64,000 nucleotides of DNA from Lytechinus pictus (GCF_037042905.1 NC_087263.1:8558001-8622000); one strand, 5' to 3'. Shown: positions 12,701 through 23,929, counted from the first letter of the stretch. Numbers and translations are program-made. The notes: a model not told the origin generated them from the letters alone.

Positions 12701-15700
12701 AAAAACCTAAATTGATAATGCTTGATCATTGATTTATCAAAACATCCTCAACTTTGCAAGTTCCAAGGGACTCGCATCTCAAAAACTGAAAGAAATTGGA
12801 AGGCTAATTCCTGCCCACCCTAATTTTCATACCCTTTGTTTTAGTGGGCAGTGCTCGCTCAAGCATGAAAAGTTTTCCAACTTTTTGGTGTCATTTGAAA
12901 GTTGACTTTATTGGCTTCCATGTATGTAAGTGTTTTCCCCCAAAGTGATATATTTTTTATTTGGCAGCCATTTCAAAAGTGTATAGTTTTTTTTGGGACG
13001 CACTGTAGTATTAAATAATACTAATTCCACATGTTCATGGAGGAATTAATCGTTGTTTCACTTGACAAAGAGGAGAAAATTAGAATATTTCATATAATGA
13101 AATACAAAATAAATAATGAGTGGATGATGTCATCAGTCTCCTCATTTGCATACAGACCAGGATGTGCATATAACTGTTTTGTGAAATTAAGCGAAACTTT
13201 AACATGTCATAACTTTCTTATTTTACATCCGATTTTGATGAAATTTTCAGTGTTATGCTTGTTGGATTTTTCTCTTTTTATTCAAATCAACTTTTTGTTG
13301 GGGTGGACTTGTCCTTTAATAATGCTAAACCCGAAATCTTATTTTGTTACAAACTATACAGGTGACACTCCTGTAATGGAGGCAGATGTAAGGGCTGTGG
13401 TGCGTCTGAACTCAAACGCCAGAGAAGAAAATACCGTTACTATCATCCCTCATGATGACGGCATTGGAGCGGATATCACAAAGGATGATGGGATATATTC
13501 AGCTTATTTCACGAGTTTCTTAGGGAAAGGGCGCCATGGAGTCGAGGTAAGGCATCCACTTTCTGATTGTTCTTGTTTTGTTTGTCATAATGATTGGATT
13601 TTTTTTAAAGCCGCGGTTATACTTTGGACTAAACAATAATCCAGTCAACACTTTTATGGAATAACGTATGTAATCATGCTCATTAAAAATCACTTTTTGC
13701 TCTATTAGCCATTTAAAAAAAGGAATTATGGGATGAAACCCTCAGATTGCCAAAAATGATTTTTTTTTTAAATCATTATAATTGAATTTCCTTCCTATCC
13801 AGTTATTTGATATTTTTAGCATGCCACTTTTATTTGGCCTGTTACACTAAAAATATACAATCAGAAAAAGAGCGTTTTCAAAAAAAAAAAAAAAAGCTCA
13901 CAACCTTACATGTTTTGACCCTGAGTGTTGTTTACTTTTGAAAAAGTAAAGTGCTAATTTCACAAACTTTAAGAGCTCATGGCTTCAATTCAGGTGCTGA
14001 TTTTAAGCACTTTGGTGTTCAGTGTTCACCTGAAGTGCAGTCACTACATTGCCCCCCCCCCCCCCCAGTGATTGATTTAGCATTTTATTTTTAGCGTGTA
14101 GTGCCCAGACATTTTACTTTGTTTTGATTGTTTTCTTCATTTCACTTCTGTAGGTTCATGTAAGTGCAAACCACGAAACGAGACTTTCTAAAGGCGGCCT
14201 CGTCGGCTACGGAGCGGCGTCCAATCCCGAATTCGCCGCCGAAGAACGCACCGTCGTCGTAGAATATACGGGCGACTTTCAACGAGAAATCACCGGTGGT
14301 AGTTTTGACTGTACCTCTACAGATTGCGGAAACAGTAAGAATATATTTCACAAAGTACATATAGAACAAAGTTCAACTAATTATGCACACCGTCTCCCTT
14401 TTCCGAACAAAAAACTGACAATTTTGAAACACTGTCGCTATTGTTTTTCTGCTCAGATAAAATATTTTTAACGCAGAATACTTCTCGACATATTCATCTG
14501 CGGTAAAAGACAAATAAATAAATGAATGACAGCCAGAAATCTTCTCAGTTTCTTTTTTATATAAACTTGATCCTTTTGCGAACATGACCTTGATCCATTT
14601 CCCCTTTTATTCTTAACTTAAAAAATTATCGTTTTTTATGTCAATATTTACGATAATCTTATATCCTCTCGTAGCTCGTTCTATGATAAATTCAATAAAG
14701 TGGACAATAATTATTACAATTAATGTGCAGATTGTTTTCATAATAACTTAATACAATTTTGTTACAGGTTCTGTTGATCTTTACCCCCCTGGTCGCATCA
14801 CCGACCTGAGTGTTGCAAGGGTCCATCAAGACTTTGTGGTTCTAAGATTCAGTGCGCCTGGTGATGATTTAGCCGCTGGTTCTGGTGAGTAATCTCTACA
14901 CTGTAAAAACGCTGTTTACATTTTCAAGCAGGTTGTTTAAACCCGTCACTCTAGCATCAATTGTTTAAAGTTTGAAACAAGTTGTTTTATTTTTTTTAAC
15001 AAGATGTTGAAAACGTTTAAACAATTTCAAAAAAAGTTTACACAATTGTGTAAAAGTTTGTTGTTAGAGTGACAGGTTTAAACAGCGTGATATTTTGTTT
15101 TACTGTGTAAATGCAAAAGAGCTAGTGTGGTACCTAATCACTAGTCGTTTTGGAGTTGGATTTACATCGTTTGACAGTGCATTATAGCTCTTTCTGGAGT
15201 GAAAATGTCTAAAATATACACTGTTCACTCGAGAAAGAACTATAATGCACTCTCAAAAGATGTAAATCCAACTCCAAGGTGACTGGGCCCCCTCTCACAC
15301 TAAGAGAAGCGTGATTAGGGACCAGATTAGCTCTTTTGCGTTTTGAGTATAACCCTCGATTCCTAATGGGAAATCAGATAACAGGGAAGAAAAATAAATA
15401 GAGCAGAATATTGTGGTGAAAATTTGAAAAAAACGGACAAGCAATGAAAGATATGGCTGTATTTCAATTGAGATCTGTAAGACTCTGTAAATTTCGGATT
15501 GGCAACTGGGTAAGTAAATTATGAAACATTCCCAAAGGCTATGTACTCAATTATCAGGGATTTGCGGTTTCCTCATAAGTACTTCTAGCCCTGAAGCAAT
15601 AATCAAAGTAGGATACAGGTATATGTTGCATATTGCGTTATGTTCTCATGAAAGAAAATCGATTAGAATTTGAAGAAGAACCTTTGGAAAAAGAGGAAAA

Positions 15701-16639
15701 AAGAGGAAATGAAATGAAAGAGTAGTCCTTGCCTTGATGACATGAATGTGCCTCTATAATTTTAACAACTTAATTATGACTGTTATTTGTTTTACTTCCC
15801 AAACAGCTACAAAATACGTAATCCACTATTCGACAAACTTCACACAAATGACCAAGGATTTCCAGTTAAGTAACGTAGTGCCTCCTCATTGGATACCAGA
15901 CTTTACTCAGCCAAGGCGACCGGGAGCGGTGGAAAAACTGACAGTGTTGTTAAATCATACAGGTAAAAAGTGATGAATAATTTTTGAGGGATGATGTGAT
16001 CAATGGTGAACATAATTTGAATCTGAGAAATGATCTCTATTTTATATTGACGGAATCGTTTTACGTTCTATATTTATCATTTTTAATGAAATTGTTAAAA
16101 TGAAATTAAATATATATTAAAGCAAATTTAGGTACCTAAAATGACTTCACTTTGATTATTTCATTGACGCACATGTGCTAAGGATAATATCACAAAGAAA
16201 ATATAAATAATGGGGTATATAAAAAAGTGGATTGCATGTAGGGAATCATGGGAAATTATGACTATTTTACCTTTTTTTAGTCATTCTGTAAACATAATAC
16301 CCGTAGTTCTAATAACGCCACATAATTAACTATGACTAAAGTTAACTCATCTGCGTTCAATTTTCGTCTTCTTTTGCAGCTGAAACAACACTCATATTTG
16401 GCATTGTCGCCATCGACGACGCCGACAACCAAGGCGAACGATCGAACCTCGTCACGGTACGGTTGACGCCCAAAGCTTCACCGCAAACGGGTTTGCCCCC
16501 AGCTGCTATCGCTGGTGTCGCGTTGTCGATGTTCCTCATCGTCTTATGTCTACTCATCGTCGGTTTGCTTTATATTTGGAGACGAAGACGACCGCCATCG
16601 AAAAGTGAATGCAACGGCAAACATCCAGTATCTGTATGA
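3610..16639 (+). CDS. CLCA: CLCA-family (calcium-activated chloride channel regulator-like) protein, 5'-partial, 10 exons: 3610-3787, 4868-4989, 6545-6701, 9224-9498, 10249-10423, 13362-13546, 14154-14334, 14768-14884, 15807-15962, 16380-16639
   Basis: All introns are GT-AG with matching phases (1,0,1,0,1,0,1,1,1). The 1806 nt join into one open frame ending in TGA. Family hallmarks: vWA 'LGIIAFNEYA...LPRSASGRTSIGRG', 'LIVITDGEQN', 'DDGIGADITKDDGIYSAYFT', 'FQREITGGSF', 'DLYPPGRITDL', 'FSAPGDDL', 'IVAIDDADNQGERSN', and a C-terminal TM helix. The paralog cannot be assigned. Confidence 0.93.
3804..4026 (+). mobile_element. tRNA-derived SINE in the CLCA intron, 16 nt after the donor site
   Basis: A box TGGTCTAGTGG, B box GGTTCGATTTCC, core 'gctgcactcaacccaggtg...aatgggtac', (ATT/ATC)n tail. 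Confidence 0.85.
4430..4687. mobile_element. hAT-type MITE
   Basis: TIR caggggcggatccagga / tcctggatccgcgccta; exact 8-bp TSD cccaaaat (4422-4429, 4688-4695). Relatives at ~26562-26799 and ~41930-42284. Confidence 0.85.
4868..4989 (+). CDS. CLCA: CLCA exon (vWA): (G)VELAVRELREFENDPAGSTLIVITDGEQNAHPYIKDVLHE
   Basis: tcaatag| ... |gtagaa; MIDAS-type 'ITDG'; absent from the ORF track. Confidence 0.9.
5271..5442. mobile_element. Short palindromic MITE (gg..gtttcat / atgaaacggcccc termini)
   Basis: Terminal and internal inverted repeats (gctgttcgta/tacgaacagt; taagaacga/tcgttctta). Confidence 0.65.
5880..6428. mobile_element. Kolobok/T2-like MITE
   Basis: TTAA|AGGAGAATGAAAC ... GTTTCATTCTCCT|TTAA; long internal inverted repeats. 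Confidence 0.9.
6545..6701 (+). CDS. CLCA: CLCA exon (end of vWA): IENMTVNTVAVGGEADGQLELLAVHTGGDSFSHTDKSSEIYLSFFKAAAAQM
   Basis: catag| ... |gtaagc; vWA 'TVAVG...LELLAxxTGG'. Confidence 0.9.
7448..7459 (+). CDS. Candidate 12-nt micro-exon of the CLCA gene (adds T-G-G-K)
   Basis: Polypyrimidine tract + tctttag|CCGGAGGGAAAA|gtaagt; phase 1-1, frame-preserving, no stop. Confidence 0.5.
9224..9498 (+). CDS. CLCA: CLCA exon: (S)QSQVSAAIIDADFTSINHRETFTNKFHLDDALTGGLKITIAYIWSLSPDDVFFLLISPDGRVYHTNMVPARFTSDRVYKQIKIDLKEDDVV
   Basis: tttatag| ... |gtaaga; 'LxSPDG' motif; phases fit both neighbours. Confidence 0.88.
10249..10423 (+). CDS. CLCA: CLCA exon: AGEWTLNVTNQGSFRDDFNIVIQPRVKEGATPILATAQWAVPSVTPPNRQILYVFVQQ
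   Basis: cacgacag| ... |gtttgt; 'GxW' and 'YxxVxQG' motifs. Confidence 0.88.
10692..10884. mobile_element. Palindromic MITE; related copy at ~15112-15342
   Basis: tgcaaa(c/a)gagcta.t.tggt.cct..tcac ... gtgattag.gac..ga.tagctctttt. Confidence 0.6.
10971..13315. mobile_element. Kolobok/T2-like MITE split by a nested Tc1/mariner-type element
   Basis: TTAA|AGGTCAAGTCCACCCC ... GGGGTGGACTTGTCCT|TTAA; the two halves rejoin to match the intact copy at 38050-38652. Confidence 0.92.
11249..13005. mobile_element. Non-autonomous Tc1/mariner-type element with long (~450 bp) imperfect TIRs
   Basis: TA|CAGTGCGTCCCAAAAAAAACTATACACTTTTGAAATGGCTGCCAAAT ... ATTTGGCAGCCATTTCAAAAGTGTATAGTTTTTTTTGGGACGCACTG|TA; no transposase ORF. 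Confidence 0.92.
13362..13546 (+). CDS. CLCA: CLCA exon: (G)DTPVMEADVRAVVRLNSNAREENTVTIIPHDDGIGADITKDDGIYSAYFTSFLGKGRHGVE
   Basis: tatacag| ... |gtaagg; the conserved CLCA 'DxGxGADxxKxDGxYSxYFT' motif. Confidence 0.95.
14154..14334 (+). CDS. CLCA: CLCA exon: VHVSANHETRLSKGGLVGYGAASNPEFAAEERTVVVEYTGDFQREITGGSFDCTSTDCGN
   Basis: ttctgtag| ... |gtaaga; 'FxRxxxGGSF' motif. Confidence 0.9.
14768..14884 (+). CDS. CLCA: CLCA exon (FnIII-like): (S)SVDLYPPGRITDLSVARVHQDFVVLRFSAPGDDLAAGS
   Basis: gttacag| ... |gtgagt; 'PPxxITDL' and 'APGDD' motifs. Confidence 0.93.
14899..15107. mobile_element. CACTG-ended MITE (EnSpm/CMC-like, TA flanks)
   Basis: ta|cactgtaaaa ... ttttactgtg|ta; internal tttaaacccgtcactcta / tagagtgacaggtttaaa; relative at ~17883-18115. 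Confidence 0.65.
15807..15962 (+). CDS. CLCA: CLCA exon: (A)TKYVIHYSTNFTQMTKDFQLSNVVPPHWIPDFTQPRRPGAVEKLTVLLNHT
   Basis: caaacag| ... |gtaaaa; 'YxIxYS' and 'PxxxGxxE' motifs. Confidence 0.88.
16380..16639 (+). CDS. CLCA: CLCA terminal coding exon with TM helix: (A)ETTLIFGIVAIDDADNQGERSNLVTVRLTPKASPQTGLPPAAIAGVALSMFLIVLCLLIVGLLYIWRRRRPPSKSECNGKHPVSV*
   Basis: ttttgcag|; hydrophobic stretch of about 25 aa followed by RRRR; TGA at 16637-16639. Confidence 0.9.
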
Positions 16640-19081
16640 CAAGGAGAGTCCGATTATTGTTGAATTTTTATGAACCACCCTGTACATATATATATATGGA
16701 TTCGTTCAATTTTCATGAGCCACCGTGTACAAGCAACTGAATGCCTACCGTTGCATCGTAAATTTGTCGCATTTTTATGATCCACCTTGTACAAGGCGTC
16801 GGATGTGTTTAGTTTTTATGAACCACCCTGTGAAAGTAGCTGGATGCCGACCGATGCGTTGTAAAGCCGGAATAGTATTTGACACTCGGTGACATTACGA
16901 ATCGTATGATAAATGACTTTGTCTATTTTGAGTGTTGTTGGCAATATAAAATCGGCTTGTTCGTGTCCTTTTGTCTGTGGTCGCCGCGTTGATCTGTATG
17001 AAAAGAAACATGGACCCTACTAAGAAGAGTCTGTGCAATAACGTCGTTACAGACAGGGAGATTGTTATAAAAGGAACTGCTTGATGTTTTACCGACACAA
17101 TCAGTTTTATAAGACAGTTGCCATAGTAACAGTCAGATATCTGGGTTCCTCGGCCATGTTATTGATGATGATACGCTCTCCGGTAGTACAGCAAGTTGTG
17201 TGGACTACATCGTGATGCAACGTTGGTGGCAGCAAACAGGGATCGAGGTTTGAGACTGTGTCGTCGTGATTTTTTTTTTGTAATGAATTCGGCATGCTGC
17301 TAAACAAACAAAAACTAATGATAAAAATGTCATGCTGGAATCAAAGTGAAATGGCCGCGTAGTATACATGGAGCCTCCTTCGAACTTTACAAATAGAATA
17401 ATGAATCGACATTGAGGCAGCGAAATATGGATCCTTATTTCCCGATATACTCTGACGTAGTTCGTCGCTGACTGTGATTGAGTAATTACGAACTAATGTG
17501 GTGGCACCAATTATTGTGGATGCAAAGCACAGACTTGCCGTTGCCATGATTGCTGACTTTGTGTTGCGGTCATCAAATTTTCATAGATATTTCGAAAAAA
17601 ATAAGCCAGTGAAATAAGGTCCTACCATCCTACAGACTGGCTATAAAATTTGATCAAGTGAGATTTAGATGAATATTTTATTCTACTAATAAATAGATGA
17701 GACAATCAATTTTATGTTGCCCTATTTCTTTGAAATGTTGTTGCAATCTTTAAACCGTTTCATAGTTTAATGTAAACTTTGAAACTATTTTCAAATTACT
17801 GTATACCCGTGTAATGAGACAAGTTGACAATATTCAACTGGGCACCCCCCCCCCCCCTCTTACTATGCGTTTCTATAGACCTACTGTAAAAAAATACTGT
17901 TTAAAAAAATAAGCACGATGTTTAAGCCTATGCTCCTTTAAACAATTGTTGATTTCTTTTTATCTTTTTAAATTGTATAAACTTCATGTATTATACACAT
18001 GAAAGTTTAATCATCTTGTTCTTAAAGTTTAAACAACCTCAAAAGTCTAAACACTAGTTAAAGTGACGGGCTTTAAAAAACGTGGTTGAAAATTTCAACA
18101 ACGTTTTTATAAGTCTCACTCACACCTAAGCAATCAATCCAAACCGACCATTCGTCACCATTGATATTTCACTATAGATAATAATTATAATTGTTTTGGT
18201 TGGTGTGGATATCGTTTCCAGGTGTGGCTGTGACACCATAGCATAGCAAGGGGAATCTCTTTCTCCAGTTCTCAGCAAATAATTACATATACAGTATATA
18301 AGTGTTTTTTCTGTAAATCTAACATAAACAGATTATTGCCAAAGTATTTGAAGCGTTATTGTGCATTAATGTTGTCTATTGATAATAGACTTTTCCTTTT
18401 TTTATTGTAAAAAAAAAAACGATCTGCTTAATTGCCTGGTACTATGTAATATACAGACATTGAAATCGAATGCCAATGATATGTAACTTTTATCTTTTAC
18501 GTGAAACAAAACAAAAGGTGTCGTGACACATAACATGCGCCATATTGCTATGCTTTTTTTAAACCTTATACTTATGTTTCTTCGCTCGGTGTTCATGGTA
18601 AAGTTATTATGAATATTACTTTGTTAGAGCAAAATAATGTATTACTGTGAATCAATCGCAAATGCTACTTTCCCTTTCTAATGTGAGCTAACTTCATCAT
18701 ACTTTTATCAAACTTTACTCGTCGAAATATTTATTTTACTTAGGACCTAATTACCTACTCGATTAAGCCTGTAATTATAAGAATAAGATATAAGCAATAA
18801 GACTTAGATATTCATGTAGCGCCTATATTAAACATGCTCAACGTTGTTCGAAGCTCAAATTATTGAAACGTGAAATGATTCAAATCAGGCGAATTGTATA
18901 TGTTCATTTTTCTGTATGGCGACACGCGTCTTTCCATTTTTGTTAAAGCACATTAGCACATAGTGGGAATACGTTAATAAATAGGGTTTCGTCTCATTAA
19001 ACTTGTGAACAAAAGAAAACATGCGATAAATGTTAAAAGCCACCGAAATCATTTTAATTAATTGTTTGGTCTTTGATATCT

Positions 19082-19361
19082 AGACCCCGTCTTACAAAGA
19101 GTTACGATTGATCCAATCAACCACAACTATGGAAAGCCAGCAACGTCATCATCTAACATGCATGTTTGTTCAAAATAGTTCCTAGTTATGCTGTATAGTC
19201 ATACATTCATTGTTTTCTCGAAAAATGAGTGTGCTCCTTTTTGTTTGCAAACGACTTCGTGGAAATATTCTGAACGAAAAATTGTGACATTCATGGATTT
19301 TCATACATTTGAGAACTTGAGATTGATCGGATCAATAGTAACTCTTTGTCAGACATGACCC
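19082..19361. mobile_element. Palindromic MITE, copy 1 (Harbinger-like termini)
   Basis: cccgtcttacaaagagttacgattgatcc ... ggatcaatagtaactctttgtcagaca. Confidence 0.75.
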
Positions 19362-19515
19362 TGTTATAATGCTTCTTTATTTCAATTGTAAGTGATATCA
19401 AAAGTCATGAAATGGGATTTAGTACTACAAAGCGTTGCAATAGATTCGAATCGATTTCAAATGATGATTGGTCTCAGCTTGAACAGTCAAGAGATAAGAC
19501 TTTCAGATCTGAAAT

Positions 19516-19760
19516 GAGCCCGTCTTACAAATAGTCTTACGATTGATCCAATCAATCACAACTCTGTTAAACCAGCAACATCAACATCTAAAACAAATGT
19601 TTGTTCAAAATATATACTAGATGTGATGTATATTCATTTATTCATAGATTTGTTTACAAAAGACATTCATGAAGAAAAAATTATGTTGTTGATCATGTTG
19701 ATGGATTCCATACATTTTAGGCTGATCGGATCAATCGTAACTCTTTGTAAGACAGGGCCC
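19516..19760. mobile_element. Palindromic MITE, copy 2 of the same family, possibly nested in an older relative (~19420-19812)
   Basis: gagcccgtcttacaaa ... tttgtaagacagggccc; the body aligns by eye with 19082-19361. Confidence 0.75.
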
Positions 19761-20341
19761 ATAAGTTTTAATTTCATTGAAATCTCTTGCACCTCTTTGT
19801 GAGACGGGGCACTGATCTGTCTAATGGCATCTACGTAACAAATCGTAGCTTTATTTTTTACGCTCAACGATCACATTTTAGATTTAGCTTTCTGTGCGTA
19901 ACATTTAAGATATATTTATTTCCAATTTTCTACATCCTATTTTCTATGACAATGATTCATGTTACTGATTTTATTCATAAAACGTTTGATTTGGCCATTA
20001 TCACTATTAAGCTACAATGTCAATGACTAATTACTGATTACAATGTACGTCTATAGTATGTCACAAGCGATTTATGTACGTGATATGTTACTTTCTGCTA
20101 ATTTTCATCTCACCCCAAAAAGGAATCGCTATAATTGATGTAATTGCCATGCCATGTGCGTAAAAATGTGTATTGTTTTAAGCTTTGGTTTTATGTCAAC
20201 AGTCAAACTAAATGTGTATTTATATTTTATATTATGTAAATGTTCTATTTATCTGCATTTTTGTATGTGATTTTCTATGTTGGTGCTTTCACTACTTGTA
20301 TTTCAAAAGATTTTATTTCGTTGAGTAACTTATATCGCTGA

Positions 20342-20347
20342 AATAAA
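20342..20347 (+). promoter_or_regulatory. Candidate polyadenylation signal for the CLCA 3' UTR (an alternative AATAAA lies at 17688-17693)
   Basis: AATAAA after a TGTA/U-rich stretch and before a U-rich tract; usage is not shown by the sequence. Confidence 0.3.
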
Positions 20348-21152
20348 ACATTTCAGACTAGTACAAACTCTTTTATTCCTTTTGACTGATCCTTTGAAAG
20401 CATTGCGAGAGCGACGATATACTACACGAATCTACATTGTGTCCCGTCTTATGCTTGTGTATTTATTTTTCGCCAGCACTTCTTGCCTTTTAAAGTCCAT
20501 CATTTTAATTTTGTTTGCTTGACAAACAACAATATTAAAATGATGGACGTTAAAAGGCAAGACATACGGGTTGGTTTTTTTTTTCTTCTCTCCTTGTTTT
20601 TCTCAGATAGGATTATAAAAACAATTATTTTACGTTGATATAGGGTTTGTTGGTTAAGAACATATAATACATAAATGGGAAGGGGAAGGTGATCTAAAAA
20701 GAAAAGTCCGAATCAGCGCAGCCTCACATAACTAAATTTTGTTTAGAAATAATGATAATAATATAATAATGATAATAATAGTAATAATAAAAACATTTCA
20801 TCATAAATAGAAGATCAACAGCGCACTTTGCGCAGTTGCAGATAAATTATACACACGACCGACAAATATATCCGCTGGTTTTCGAAATAGCTGCATTAAA
20901 TCCGAGGGATTTCCCGGTAATTCCTGGAAAGGCTTAATCCATTATATCCATCTGCATCAGTTTTGAGTCTCATCCACGGATTTCCATGGAAACAGAGAGA
21001 TAGGTGAATACTAGCTGCCTGGGAGACAGGGGACAATGGCATGAAATGTACAATCCATTCTCATATTAGAAAATGCGACATTGAACATATAGCACAACAT
21101 TATTATATCGTACTTTCTGAAGAGTTGATGAAAGACTACAGACTGTGGAAAT

Positions 21153-21471
21153 ATATTTTTTTTATCTCAATAATCTATGGTGTTAACAAATTTTAATAAG
21201 GAAAATAGAAAATCCACCTACAGATTATCAACAAAAGCTAACATTACTAATCACGCTGTAATTAAAATGAGTTAATATAAATATCTAAAAACTTCTGAAA
21301 AAAATATTGCATTATATTTTTTTATCTCAATAATCTATAGTGTTAACAAATTTTAATGAGGAAAATAGAAAATCCACCTACAGATTATCAACAAAAGCTA
21401 ACATTACTAATCACGCAGTAATTAAAATGAGTTAATATAAATATCTAAAAACTTCTGAAAAAATTATTGCA
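21153..21471. repeat. Near-perfect tandem duplication of ~160 bp
   Basis: Two copies of 'tatctcaataatctat...aaaatccacctacagattatc...aacttctgaaaaaa..attgca' with few mismatches. Confidence 0.92.
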
Positions 21472-21542
21472 AACCCGTCTCTTCTTCAACAAATGGGGAA
21501 TTATTTTCTCGATTTCTCGGGTGGTGCGCACATGTGCATGTA

Positions 21543-21844
21543 CACTGTCAGAAAATTTATCCTTAAAATAAAAGAAGTTCCTGCAGCAGAGTCTCGAGAA
21601 CACCTGTAATCTTACCAGGTTGTGTAATCTTACATTATATCAGGTAAAATTACAGGAAATTGGTATTTGGTGTGTGGAACCTTACAAATTCCTTTAATAA
21701 AACACCCATTTCCCCTCTTTAAACAGACCTGTTCTGTTAAATTGAAGAAAAAATCATGTTTTATGAATTTACAGAATGATTCTGTTATTGCTTTCTGCAA
21801 AATCTTCTCTTTTTTTTGTAAAATCGTTTTTTTTCTTAACAGTG
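21543..21844. mobile_element. CACTG-ended MITE
   Basis: ta|cactgtcagaaaa ... ttttcttaacagtg|ta. Confidence 0.7.
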
Positions 21845-21860
21845 TAGTCCTAGAGTATTA

Positions 21861-22275
21861 AGGCGACCGCACACCTTACGATTGGTCTACGACCCGATTT
21901 CAGAATAAAATGTAATAGAATGTGATGCTAATATTGAGACATGGAATATCTTACTGTGTAATGTTCTAAATCATCTTACGAATACCTATATTCAAATCTG
22001 TGACTATGCTATCATCCTTCTTAGAATAAAAGCGAATTTAATATCTAGTCGTAATGACGTCATAGCAGTCGTACGATTGGCTACGATTTGAAACTTATTT
22101 GGCCTTTACTCCAAAATAAAGGCTTGCAATCTTTCAAAATGGTTATATTAGTATTCTTTCAATTAATTTTAACCTCAAATAAAATGATATGTTCCATTCA
22201 CATTTTCATAAAATGAGCAAAATGCGATTTGTTCCAAAATCGGATCGCGAACAGTCGTAAGGTGTGCGGTGGCCT
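21861..22275. mobile_element. PIF/Harbinger-type MITE
   Basis: TTA|AGGCGACCGCACACCTTACGA ... TCGTAAGGTGTGCGGTGGCCT|TTA (3-bp TTA TSD). Confidence 0.85.
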
Positions 22276-23929
22276 TTAGAGTGAGTGAGCTGGGGGACAC
22301 TGGCCTTTGTAATTTTACGTAAGTCTGCGCGCTCGTGCGTGTTCGTTTAGATGGATGATTTTATCCCCAAGCTAGCTGTATTAATCATTAAGCAGCGGTA
22401 AACGGCGCGTCCTAGGCAATGCTTCCATGGCAACCCAAGGGGAAAAAACTTATTAGCTGGGGGTGACGATCTAGGGACTTGTCAAGAGAATGAAAGGGGG
22501 AATGAAAAAAGAAAATCCACGGTTTATTGGAGGAAAATTATAATCTATTTATATCCAGCACGTAATAATTTTCGGGAGCTCTTGATCTTGATGATAATCA
22601 CCATGCTCATGTCAAAGCTTGATATATATATATATAAAAAATCCATATGATGCCTCAAGCCCGTCCAAGATTTTCTAAAAGGAATGATTATTGCAACGTC
22701 ACAAATATGTTTAAATTGTCCCTCTCTCGAACAAAACAAGGAATTCTAAATAAAAACAATAAATTAGTAAATTTTTAAAAGAGAGAACAAAAAAAGCAAC
22801 TGAAATGGACAAAAATTGCTCCAGAAACGGAGAAATATAGTAAAAACGACAGCGGCGCTGTGATGCAATATGGAACCGAATTGTATGGGACATAATGTCA
22901 AACAATTTGTACTTACTTGGCGTCCAGACAATTCGAAATTTTCGCTCCACAACGCCAGCCAGATTCAAGAACATAGAAATATATTGTCAAATGACCTTCG
23001 TGACAATTAACAACCAAGAAGTCTTTGTCAAAATTTGGTGTATCAACAATGTAGTTTCGTCATTGATTCTGGGCAGGCGACATATTTGCATTTTATATTC
23101 GTCCGCCCCACAACATAGGACGAAACTGCTGTTCCGATTCACCTATTTGATACAAAGACCTTTCAGCTGTACTTTGTCATTTGACGGGCATTTTCAATAC
23201 ATTTACTGTGTTCTTGAATCCGTCGTACGCCGCAGAGCGAACAAAGTTAAAGTTGGAAATGGTACAGTGGACATGGTTTTGCGCAAAACCCTTCCATAAC
23301 CTTATCGCTTCGAGATTCTTTTCCAGGAACCTCCTTTAGGCAATGCAAATATCTTTACCATAGATCTTTGTTTGTAGGCTATACTCTTTCAACACAATTT
23401 GAGCGGGTGCCATGGAGAGCAATATAAAAAAAAATAACCAAATGAAAGAATGCTTTCTATATGCATGAACTAAAGTACCCGTAAAAGGGAGTGGGGTTCC
23501 ATACTGAACCCATTCAAAGAAAATCAGAAATATGATTTTTCAATTGTTGGCGTAGCCAGTCGAGGGCTGCAAGATTTGGGGGGTCAATCTACCATTATCA
23601 GTGTTAGTTCACCTTGATCAAAACTCTCCATGAGAACATCAACGATACAAGAGTTCATGAGACAAAGTCCCCGATCTTCGGTAGATATGAACTATGACTA
23701 TTTATGTCGATCAAAAGATTGGAACACCAACTCTTTGTCCTCATAACACTGGGATTGAAAAGGATATTCCTAATATTAATACACCACAGGGCTAATCTTT
23801 TCAAGACGGAAGTTGAGGCGACTTTAATTGAACAAATAAGAAGTATTCTACGTCCAGTGTAACCACTGTCCAAGCATGCCTAGAGAGTGGTGTGCTGTGT
23901 AAGAATCTGATGATTCTGTTGGTCCAGGC

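Noticed and set aside
13031..13639. 202-aa ORF as a stand-alone gene
   Set aside because: It is a chance read-through of MITE sequence, the real CLCA exon (13362-13546) and intron.
22895..23299. 134-aa ORF
   Set aside because: No recognisable domain or coherent exon structure; left unannotated.
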